From NCBI GenBank assembly GCA_012295275.1, contig CM022673.1:24490001-24554000 (forward strand): DNA of 64,000 nt, given 5' to 3'. This stretch comes from Chrysomallon squamiferum. Taxonomy: Eukaryota; Animalia; Mollusca. Below the pieces are notes generated by a model, which was not told the DNA's origin, searched no databases, and was given only the letters and a program-made list of their open reading frames with translations. Within the stretch, counting starts at the first letter, position 1; every line of letters starts with the position of its first letter. Positions 1 through 11,828 of the stretch are shown piece by piece. The position numbers and the translations under genes were made by a program.

Positions 1-133
1 TCTGTGTAATGTTTACTTAATAACCTTACCCGTATATATTTACTTAATAACTAGACTTATTTAATACTTAATACCTGTATAATGTGTATTATCTTTACCT
101 GTGTAATGTTTACTTAATAACCTTACCAGTATA

Positions 134-185
<52 letters not shown>

Positions 186-326
186 TGTTAACTCAATAAC
201 GTTACCTGTATGACATGTTTGTTTACTTAACAAGTCTACCTGTACATGTTCGATTAATATCTTTACCTGTGAGCATACATTTGTTTCCGTAATACGTTTC
301 CGTAAAACACGTATATATATATATAT

Positions 327-428
327 ATATATGTTATAAAGTTACGTCATTAAGTAGCAGTATAGTATATATAATAATGTACCTGTTTACTATACTGCTA
401 CTTAATGACGTAACTTTATAACATATAT
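327..428. repeat. Perfect inverted repeat, 41-bp arms and 20-nt spacer
   Basis: 327-367 (atatatgttataaagttacgtcattaagtagcagtatagta) is the exact reverse complement of 388-428. Confidence 0.95.
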
Positions 429-542
429 TAACTAAATGATCGTACTCTGCACTAATGATGCCTGTAATTACTAATCAGTCCTTCTCAGAGTGTGTTCGTC
501 AGGCATATTTAAAGGCCATGGTATGTGCTGTCCTGCTTAATT

Positions 543-590
<48 letters not shown>

Positions 591-614
591 CTAAGTTATT
601 ACCTAACAGATATG

Positions 615-658
<44 letters not shown>

Positions 659-2154
659 CAATTTCGTAAATACTCAGATATCATATGTAGGATCATTTAG
701 TTGATATACCTATACATCTCAGAGAGTACGAAATGCTGCGGGTTACGTCTGTCATGTCAGAATGATACAAAAAGCCAATTTGTTTGGAATTTTGGTGGCA
801 CTAGACCGACCTGTTAGGTAGAAAACACAGGTCAAGATCGTATTACTCTGCCTAATTGGCAATTTGTTTGAAGGATCCATCTCGATTTAGATTTGAAACA
901 GGGTCGTCTCAAAAAGAAAAACAGTAAGGAATACAAACGGTGTTTATATTTCGTATTATGATGATGCATGGAAGTAGTGATTCGCCTGTTCTTGGAATAT
1001 CTCTAAATAGTCATACCTTTTCCATGAAACGTGCAATTCATGTCCAAATGATACAGTTATTCGTTTTTTATTTTCCTATCTCTTCTTTTTGATTTTTAGA
1101 AGAGTTTGAGAGGGTTATGATTTATTTTAACAAAGGGAACAAAGGAATTAATTAGTTATTCGCATTTCTTGAGATCTGAACTTCATTGTCACAAATGTCT
1201 CATTTCTGAATACCATTTAGTAACCTGTAAAAAATACAAATAAGGTATTGAACTGAAATACGTCATGAACGTAATATTATTAATTAAGTAAATGTAAATA
1301 ACAAAACAGAGAGACAGGTGTTTTAGGTTTTGCAGGTGGGCAGTCAGACTGACAGATCATCAAAGAAACAGAGTGGTGGACAGACAGACAGACAGACAGA
1401 CAGAGAGATTAAGATGCTTTCTACATCTTCTGTTACAAAACCAGACTGGGTGACAGACGATACATAAAAGAAAATGTCCAGCTTACTTTCCAAGAATAGC
1501 TTTTCAATTTGTTTTAAATTTGCCTTTTTTAAAATGTATTCTGGACACCAACCAATCAATTAAACAGTAAACTGAGAGTGACAAAATTAGAGCGACTGTC
1601 AGACAGACGTTCGTTAATATAGTTTATATTTAGCGTATTAAATAACTGTGTGAGGAGGTCTCTATTTCAGCTGCTGTTTCTTACAACACATATCTTTACA
1701 TGCTCGTTAAAGACTCTAAGGATTGATTCGTCTGTTTTATCAGTCAGTTATATTTACTCTCACTCTGTGCAAAAGACATCTTAAAGATAATCTTTAAGAC
1801 GTGTTTATTTTTGCATCTTGTAGACCTTTTTTTACATCATTATTTGTGTTTCTGGGATGACTATACCTTGTGTATGATATTATCACAATTTTAATTTTTT
1901 TGTTTTTTGTTTGTTTGTAATTAAACGGTTGTTTTTTTTAGCACTTTTATCATTAGAATTCAGTACTTATTCTTATGTGTTTGTTTTATTTTGTTAGCAA
2001 AATTATTCTTCTTACGAATAGATTTCGTATTACAACAGACACAACGCCTAGTAAAATAAATTATTATCAGTAAAATACGATATTGATAAACTATTTAGTA
2101 AACAAATTACATTAATAGTTAAGTTATTTTCTAAGTATAAATATGAGTTAATAT

Positions 2155-2166
2155 TATATACATAGA

Positions 2167-2199
<33 letters not shown>

Positions 2200-2477
2200 T
2201 TATATCTATTTATATATATATATATATATATAGATAGATAGATAGATAGATATGTGTATGTGTATATATATATATATCTGTATATGTGTGTATGTATGTA
2301 TGCATGTACGTATGATTGCATGTATGTATGTATGTAGATATATATATACACATATATATATAAGTATTTATGTATATGTATGTTTGTATGTATTCATGTA
2401 ACCTATGTAGTGTGTGTGTGTGTGTGTAATATGTGTATATGTGTGTATATAAATATGTATGTATGTATGTATGTATG

Positions 2478-2510
<33 letters not shown>

Positions 2511-2695
2511 TTGTATGTATGTATGTATATGTGTATATATAAATATGTATGTATGTATGTATGTATATATGTATGTATGTGTGTGTATATATAAATATGT
2601 ATGTATGTATGTATATAAGTACGTATGTATGTGTGTGTATGTATGTATGTGTGTGTGTTTGTGTATGTATGTATGTATGTCAGCATGTATGTACG
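2155..2695. repeat. Compound (TACA)/(TA)/(TAGA)/(TATG)/(TG) microsatellite field
   Basis: Directly visible. Similar fields at about 27720-27850, 28180-28415, 35580-35795, 36020-36360 and 52120-52330. Confidence 0.95.
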
Positions 2696-3742
2696 GATGT
2701 GAGCATAGGCTGGCATATTTTCATCTGTACCAATTTTCTACTCCCCAGATTACAACATATTAAACCTGGCTTTTGTTTTCTTTATTCTTTTACATCGCTG
2801 TGCTACTATCTACCACGTAACTATTGCCTTACGTAGCATACTGTGGTGTTACCAGTTTGCATTCACAAATATGGGTTAAAAGTTAGTTAAGGCTTCCGCT
2901 AATCATTTTTCATTAAAGATGTCAAACGCGCGATTAAAAGTAGTAATACAACGATTGAAAATAGCTTTTTCAATTGCCGAAGCCAGCCTATGGTTTCTTC
3001 CATGATGAAACGCACTTTCTGTAATAAGCGTTACAGCCGTGGACTTGTCGAATAATTGTATTTACTAAACAAGTAGCAGGAGTCCTTGGCTCGATGACCA
3101 CAGACGTGCCACGTTTTGCCTACTCAAAGATTACAGTAGAACTCCGTATATTTAATAGTACAAACGTCTTCGATTTTCATGTGTTGATGTTTTGAAGGTA
3201 ACGAGGTTATAAGAGAAATTAATCCGTGGATGACTGTATTTTGGGGGGCAAGGGAGGATTGTTGTGTGTTGTTTGTCTTTAAATTTTATATATTTATTTA
3301 TTTATGACAGTTAACAGCATCTGTAACAAATACACGCACGCACGCAAGCACGCATGCTTACACACCTATCTTTTTATTTTTGTTTTTCACATTTGATGAA
3401 TTGTTTTTAGAGGATATGGTGTACCTGATAATATATAATAATGAAATATTAAAATCAAAATTAAAATCATAGTTAAACTTATCGAAGCATTTAGATGTTT
3501 CAGTTGTCTGCTTCTGTGCATTATTAAGTTATTTTAACACAGCTGATGATCCTAATACACGTAAGACAAGAATTTGTATCATGACATCGTTTTTTATTTT
3601 CAGTCCTAAATAGCATCTTCGTTCCAGAATATGTTCTGTTTATTATGTAACTATGAAGATCCAAAACAAAACGAAATATAGAAAAAATAAATAATTAAGA
3701 GAGTAAAGATATTATTATTATACGAATGAATATTTTTTTAAC

Positions 3743-3890
3743 AAAAGAAATGTTGTATTTAAGTAGCACGTTTTTAATATGGGTCGTTTAAAATCCTCCA
3801 GATAACGAGACAAAGGAAGCTAACTGCCGCCCCTCAGCACGAGATTTTTCTTTTTCGATCAGAAGCAATGGCATCTTTTTGTGCGTACAT
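3743..3890 (-). mobile_element. Degraded SINE-like remnant (3' part)
   Basis: aaagaaatgttgtatttaa...cagataacgagacaaaggaagctaactgccgcc...tttttcgatcagaagcaatggcatctttt resembles the reverse strand of an abundant gastropod SINE as I recall it. Not verified by search. Confidence 0.4.
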
Positions 3891-3899
3891 TTTTATTTG

Positions 3900-4560
3900 A
3901 CGTTTTATTAGACGTAATGATGATGACGTCAGACAGCAAGCCACTAACGCCATTTTGTGAGCGTTCGTTTCTCTAAACTGAAAACACAGATTTGTAACGA
4001 TTTGTGGCTGTGAAGCAGATCAGAAAGCGAGGTTGATACGTCAGTGTCGATGTAGAATTATTAATTTGACAAACAAACAGACTGAATAATTCACCAAAAC
4101 CAACCCGGAGAGCTCGTGTTGGAGCAAAAATTTTATAATAACAAAAAAAAAAAAAAAAAAAAAAATCGTACGAAGTAGACCCAGCATTCACGTAGGAGTT
4201 TTCTTCGTAACATTTCGCATTGTTCTTTACTTTCGTGGCAGCGGTTCGGAATTCGTCGTTTATATTGTTAATAGTACAAAGGATTATCAATTAAAACCTA
4301 CGTTTATTCCCCGTGGAGTCATTAAACTACAAGAGAGAAGTAAGTGCGATATTTTAAGCCCGGAATAATCACGCTAATCACGGTCTCACGCGCTGACAGG
4401 GAATGAAAACGCCGAGATCATCTGCTGCACGCGATTTCCGTGCTTAACCGGTGGAAATCGACTGAGTTTTGATTTGGGTAGCGCACTCGCAAAAATTCGG
4501 TAGAACTCGGAACGACGGGATCACGTTTGCGCCATTTACGCTAGCAGAAATAGTACTGTT
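3900..4560 (+). promoter_or_regulatory. CpG-rich promoter-like island
   Basis: Full CRE TGACGTCA (3924-3931), YY1-type CGCCATTTT (3948-3956), high CpG density relative to flanks, and a possible donor GTAAGT at 4340. Confidence 0.4.
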
Positions 4561-6006
4561 TGTTTTTCGACTTACATCTCTCATACTGAACAGTTTACAC
4601 ATTTGAAACATTCCATCTTCTTCTTCTTTTTCCTTTTTTTTTTTCTTCTTCTTCTTCTTTTTTCTTTTTTCTTTTTTTTTTTATTTTTTTTTTTTTTTCT
4701 TATATGGATAAACGACATAGGAAAGTAGATTATTAAACTGGAGACTTTAATAAACGGCAAATTTTTGTCGAAGACGAAATAATCATTACATGAGTAATTT
4801 GCTGTGTTGGAACTCATGAGCTAACTTCAAATAGGATTTTTAAAAAAAAAATCAATATATGGTGTGTTTTTTTAAGGTTGAATGGGTTAGAACCCTTTGA
4901 TCTAAAGGAAATACGTGTTTAAAAAGTTTTCACTTTCCCTCAAAACAATTTTGCAGATCCAGACACAAAATATATTTTCCTTTTAATGAGTTACCTGACA
5001 CAATACAGATAAAGAAAGTATTACTTTAAACAGATTAACAGTTATATCAAAACCTGACCTATTACCAAAAATACCAAAGTATTCAAATATTCTGTTTTTT
5101 TTTTTAAATTTATTTATTTTTATTTTGTTATTTTTATTTATTTATTTACATTATATTAACATTTTATGTAGGTCTGTGTAACAGTGTATATAATATACAT
5201 GCATGCATGCATGCATCTATGCATACATATATACAGACATACATACATGCATACATACATACATACAGACAGATATATTTTTGTTCTATATACTGAACTT
5301 ATTCAACAATCGTGTAGTGGTTTACATTGCTAATCCAAGTTAAACATGACCAATTACAATGTGTACAATACTGACTACTAGAAGATAAAGAAGTTACATA
5401 TATTTTGTCATCCTAGTACTTTCTTGCTAATAAGTCTGCATGTTTGTAACTATATATTATTTCTTTTTACAAAAAAATGTCTAAACAATCTTGAAAATCT
5501 ATCCATCTGACTTTTTTTTATTATTACTTATTTATGACGAAACCATTCGCTATTATAAAACTGATCTATAGATTGCTCTCTTATGTTATTTAGACGCAAG
5601 AAAGCCAACAAAAAAAAAACCATTACTGCTTTGATTTCAGATTTGCGATTGCAATTAGTTTCTTTCATTATTTTAACGTTAACATTACCATACTTTTTTA
5701 TATTCTTAACTTTTTGTTTGCCGTTTCAGCTAATGAAAATTGTATGTTTTAACTTATATGAAGCTTTCTAAAACTAAATAAACAGATAAATAAATTCCTC
5801 ATTTTTCAGGTTAGCAGAACATTGTTTGACTCGGTACATTCCAGGTGAGGTAAGTGGAAATTTTCTGTTCATTTGTTCTTTACAATTTTTTTTTAATGGA
5901 ATAAATAGTGAGACGATCAATTCTGAAACACAGAAAGAATCAGAGACATAAAACAGAACGCGTATAAAGGGTATGTGGTAACGGGGGATATGTAAATTGT
6001 GTGAGA

Positions 6007-6182
<176 letters not shown>

Positions 6183-7077
6183 CAGGCTGTCTGATTCATT
6201 CTACTAATATATTTATAATCTAGAAATTCAAACGAAAGGTTTTAATGCATCATTTTTCTCTCTTCAATTACAAAACACGGATAAAAAATTAAAAACCAAA
6301 AAAACATTACAGATTTCTTCGAAGAAAAACAACCTTATTTTTGTTTACTGAATGTACGAAACAGATTATCAGTAAAAGTTAATTTAATGACTATAATTAA
6401 CCATTTATCATCGGTGAAAATCAATTTGTTATAAGTAAAATATATAACAAGCTGTATTGAGCATACAAATGAGCACACAATGCATGTCAAACAAACGCTG
6501 CCGGACACACAGACTCACACAAGCAAACACTGAGTAATTGTCTACACGTAGACCAGACAGCTAAGATCAAACTGCGAAAAGTAACTTAAAATCCGGCCTT
6601 GACGACACAGTCGTGTGGCGTTTTGTCCTGTTTGATGTGAAAGCTCAAAACTGAATGATTCAAAGCTGGAAATAATCTACTTAATTCCAGGAGAAGACTT
6701 CGCTTACTGACCGACCATCATGGAACCACGCTTCAGTTTGTCTTCAGCCAGCATTACTCAACTTCGTTTGTCAGTCGTTAATACTTGTCTCATTTACACG
6801 TGTTTGTCTACTTCTCCTATCCTCACTAACGGTTCTAGCGAAGTCGAAGGATCAAACGTTTTATTCAAGCAGTTGTCTGGTTTAATCATTTTTCAAAATT
6901 ACACTCGCACCTACGCATGTTGCTGGCTGAAATCCTGAAGAAGAAAAAAAAAATTAAAAAAATTAAGAATTATCATTTTAAATCCAGTTACAAAAATCAG
7001 AAGACGACTGATTGTATGATTATTTTTATGTTTGATTGAATGATTACAGTTTTTTTTTCTCTCTCTTTATCTGTATG

Positions 7078-7116
<39 letters not shown>

Positions 7117-7224
7117 ATGGGAGTGTGTGGGTGTGTGTGGGTGTGTGTGGGTGTGTGTGGGTGTTCAGAATGAAAATAAATATTCAACACACAGACATAT
7201 ACATAGGCACAGATGTACGTACAT

Positions 7225-7300
<76 letters not shown>

Positions 7301-9056
7301 AATAGCTAATCTGAGTTTCATTCAACAAAAAAAAAAATGGAAGATGGCTCAAGCAAATAAATGAAAAGTTTCCTTTACATAGTATCAGTAGTAATTAAAT
7401 AATGATATATATATATTCCTAACATTCGATACGTTTATTCGTTCACATTTGTGACCATTTCTGGACAGTGTTTCGGTCCATTTTGGATTAACCTCATCTA
7501 AAGTTGAATGTAACTTTTCCAATCTCCAAAACTGATTTATATTATAGATTTCTTTAGCTGTAGGATTCACTAACAACGTGTTTGATAGCTGCAAGCTACA
7601 GTGAAATTAATATTTGCATTTTAAATACAGCTAACTGGCTATTCTCATAATCAACACTCATTTTAGAATATATCGTTATTACGAATACGAACAAATCAAT
7701 CTTGTAAACTCCTTATCTTAGAAAATGAGTTCGTAATATCGTGAAAACCTTTTACACAGACATATTCCTAATTTAACAAACATTATTCTTTGTGTGTGTA
7801 TATTCTGAATATATATAAATAGAATTTTCAGTTGTGTGCATTTTATTTTGTTTTAATTTTTTATTATTATTAACGTAATGATAATTGGGGAAAAAAAAAA
7901 TGAATAAACACTAATCCATTGTTTTTAAATACTTTACTGAATATGTAGCATAAACGAAAATCCATAGTAAACATCGACAACAACTCGTTTTTAATATTAG
8001 TTATATTTTTATCGAAATCATAAACTCGATACTTTTTTATTTAGTGGCCATTATCTACTGCTGCAGCCCATTTCCGAGAGTCAAAATGCATTTATATATC
8101 GGAATACATTTTAATAACAATATTGCCATTATCCGCGAGTTTTAAAATGGTTTATTAATTGACTCAAAACCCCAACTGGTGTGTGCTAATTTTTAACCAT
8201 TATTTGTCACGGTACATCGTCTGCTGCTAAAGTGACCATTAACAACGCAAAACAATTTTTTCAAATTTAACGCTAACGGTAAACTTGGATGTTCAGCTGA
8301 ACGAATGAAAGGTTTCTACTCGTGAAAAAAAACTCGACTCGACAGTGAGCGGCAGGACATTCATTTGAGTTGGATTTGATGATGTTTGATTAATTTGATA
8401 AAAACAATGGGCGCATTGGTTTTCCGTGACAGATACAAATCACCTCGTAACGTGTGAAAATGGCGAAAAACGTAAAATCACGCGGAACGGCTCACGACTT
8501 TGATTAGCTTGGTGAGCTGGAGGGATTCCGTCCTGACGTTAAGTAAAACTGACGTGACGGTTAAGAGTATCTACAGCTTCGATGAGGCGTCGTGATTTCT
8601 GTTAATGGCGCCCATTAGGGAATGCTTCCACGCAGTCAGATCAGGTAAATGGCCAGAGGGAGACAGAGGTGCGACAGTTCCAAAAATTAGAAATCGTCTT
8701 TAATATCAGAATACAAAAAAAAGAGAAGAGAAAAAAAGGCAGCGATGTCTTAAGAGAAAGAAATAGAGTCGGAAAGGTGGGAAGGAAGGATGAAGATAAA
8801 GAAAGAAAGAGTGAGAGTGAGTGGGAGACTGAGATATATAAATACACACACACATATACATACACACACATGTACACACATACATACATACATACATACA
8901 CATGTACACAGAGATATAGAGATAATTACAGAGATACATAGAGAGAAGTAGAGTGAGAAAAACACAGAGAGAAGGATAGATTATACAAAGAGAAGTAGAG
9001 AGAGACACAGACAGAAGTAGTGGAAGACATACAAAGAGAAGTAGTGAGACATACAA

Positions 9057-9108
<52 letters not shown>

Positions 9109-11475
9109 CAGAGAGAGGTAGAAAGAACATCAGTCAGAAATATAAAGAGAGACTCAGAATGACACCGAGAGAGATAGAGAAAAAGAATCAGAGACAAGTA
9201 ATGAGAGTTACAGAGAGATGTGGAGAGAAAGACACACACACAGAAAAGTAGAGAGAGATACGGAAAAAAGTAGAGAGCAAGAGACACAAAGAGAAACATG
9301 TAAAAGTGTGTGTGTGTGTGTGTGTTTTGTGCTTCTGTATATTTCGCGTATATGTGTGTGGGTGTTCACGTGGGTGTGTTTATGGGTTTTATCTAAATTT
9401 ACGACTGTCTTCCACTGAGCTGCGTGTCGGGCCACACGGTGACGACGTTGTTCACACGCTGTAAGTATGCTGTTCACGTCTGCAGCGATGACGGCTGAAT
9501 AAGAGCCCTCATGTCCCACGAATTGCTGCACACTCAGATTATACCTGTTAGTAGTTTTTTCGTCTCAACCTAGTGCTTAGTACTAATTAAGTTTTCTCCA
9601 AGGATTGATTTAATAAAGATGAGTGTCAAAGGCATGATCTACCGTAGGTTTTAGATTTATAACTCGCACACAAGTATTTCGTGTTTGAAAACCGCAAAAC
9701 AGGCCTTTTTTTTTTTTCATCGATTTGGTAATGTTTCAAAATCAATACTCACTTTTTTTTTTTTTTTTTTAATAAGTATCTGTGTAGTTTTATATCTGTC
9801 TGCTGATTATAAACCAATTTGTTTATTAGTTAACGTTTCTTTGATTTGTTTTGTTTTGTTTTCTTAGAAAGTCTACACACATAGTAAAGATATTTTAACG
9901 TAGTGTTTCCTATGGGTAATTAAATATCGAGAGATTTTGTTTTTTTAAATAATTTACATCCCATTGTTTTCAGTTCATAAACTTAATCATTCGCAGAGAT
10001 AATATAACATTAACAATAGCTTCATGGAGAATATCAGACCTTATAGGTAACATATCATAGTATCACAAGTAGAAAAATATCTTACATGAACGATATCCTC
10101 GAAGCGAATGCTACCAAAATTCCACAGAGCGACGAGGTACGACGGAAACTATTCGCCTGGTCAGTTTCTCATTCAGTGTGATTCCGCAGAGAAATCTCCG
10201 AGAAGTCACGAAGAAACAGCGTCTGTGCACGTTTGATACACGCTGTATAACACAGGTTCTTTAATCGTTTAATAACATTATCTCTCTGTGAGATATTGTC
10301 CATATGGGATATTTACTGTGTTGATTTTGTTTCTGTGGGATACTGGGATCGATTTCGATTCATTCTTCATATCTGGAACACGATAAACGGAGTATGTATA
10401 AAGCCATACAGACACATTTATAGATACACACACTCTTACTTACTTAGAGAGACACGCACATGTGCACACACATGCACACAGACACACACACACACACTCT
10501 CAGATAGAGAGAAGAGTTTCCAACCAGTATGGACTCTGAAGATCAAGTTAAATACTTGTTTAAATTACAATAGCATTTGAGAATGTCATACTTTATAAAG
10601 AGAGGTCATTTTATTAATTAACATTGTTAAACAAAATTTAAAAAAAAAGAAAAGAAAGAAACCAAAAAAAACAAAAACATTATTCTCGGAATCGTAAAAC
10701 AGATTACTCTCAAGCTGAAATATAAATTTAGTTAGTTACAGCCGCGTTCAAAGCTATTTCTTTAACTAAAAAGTATCAGAAAAATACTCCTAATTTGACA
10801 TGAACGCGTGTTTTGTAATCTTGTTCCAGTGTCGCTATTTTGTTTCGGAGATGTCAGATGGCGCTGTTGTATCACTGATGTCAGTGTTGATTTGACGACA
10901 GATTCACAGCAGGACGTATCCGTGTCGCAGTCAACAATCTGCTGATGATAAAAGTTTTCTTTCTACAAAAACTGTCACGTGAAGATATTTACTGGTTACA
11001 AACATGCTTGGTTATGTTTTAAATCTTCAATGGTGTTACATCGTTTCAAAAAAATGTTAGAATGTAATTTAAATTTGTACTAACAAAACCATGATTTATA
11101 CACAAACATACATATACTGTATTTAGATAAACAGATAGACAGGCAGACTGACACACAGATATATTATATAGATATGTTACTTAACATATTAATATAAACC
11201 TTTATTATAATCCATTGTCATCCCCTTTCTGCTCTTGTGACATAATATTTTCAGGATATCATATTTTGCGTTATAAATGCCTTTGTATTAAATTGAGAAA
11301 AAAAAAAAAAAAAAAAATTATTTATCGTCTTTTCAGTATACAGTTACCCAAATCAAATTTAAGATTATTTACAGAACAGACGTTTTTCATTCAAATAAAA
11401 TATTCTTTCCCATTTTTGAGATAAATTTCTGTTCTGACAAGCTCGAAGTTCGCTAGTTACGTTAAGACTGTATAG

Positions 11476-11828
11476 CAGGCGTCACTAACCATTTTGAACA
11501 TGAGAGCTGCTTCACAGGTGCTGAGTCATACGAAGGGCTATCAGCTTGTTACACTCTTCTGAAGTAACACATTTGTTCAGTTTATCTTTAGTTATATTAT
11601 TATTATTAATGATACCCATCTATGTGAAGACACTGATCATGTTAATGGTGTCTCACAGTACTTATCACCAATAACTTAACAAGGTTGGATACAGATAATG
11701 TCAGTATTCAACCTTTAATTCTGTTCATCTCAGTGATTGTTTAAATATTTTAGGAACAGGCCTGTGGATGACTCTTGTGGTTCTTTGGGGTGACCTGGTG
11801 CCCGCAGTTACCAAGTTGGAAATCTCTG
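11476..11828. mobile_element. hAT (Charlie-like) non-autonomous DNA transposon, 353 bp
   Basis: Imperfect TIRs CAGGCGTCACTAAC / GTTGGAAATCTCTG. 8-bp TSD ctgtatag (11468-11475) vs ctgtagag (11829-11836), 7/8 identical with central TA. Confidence 0.75.

Noticed and set aside
2154-2836. YIHT/MYVC, RE/SL, CV/HT and poly-I/Y ORFs here and throughout the window
   Set aside because: These are translations of microsatellites.
2793-2848. Possible pre-miRNA hairpin
   Set aside because: Pairing is short and interrupted, and there is no match to any conserved bilaterian miRNA I recall.
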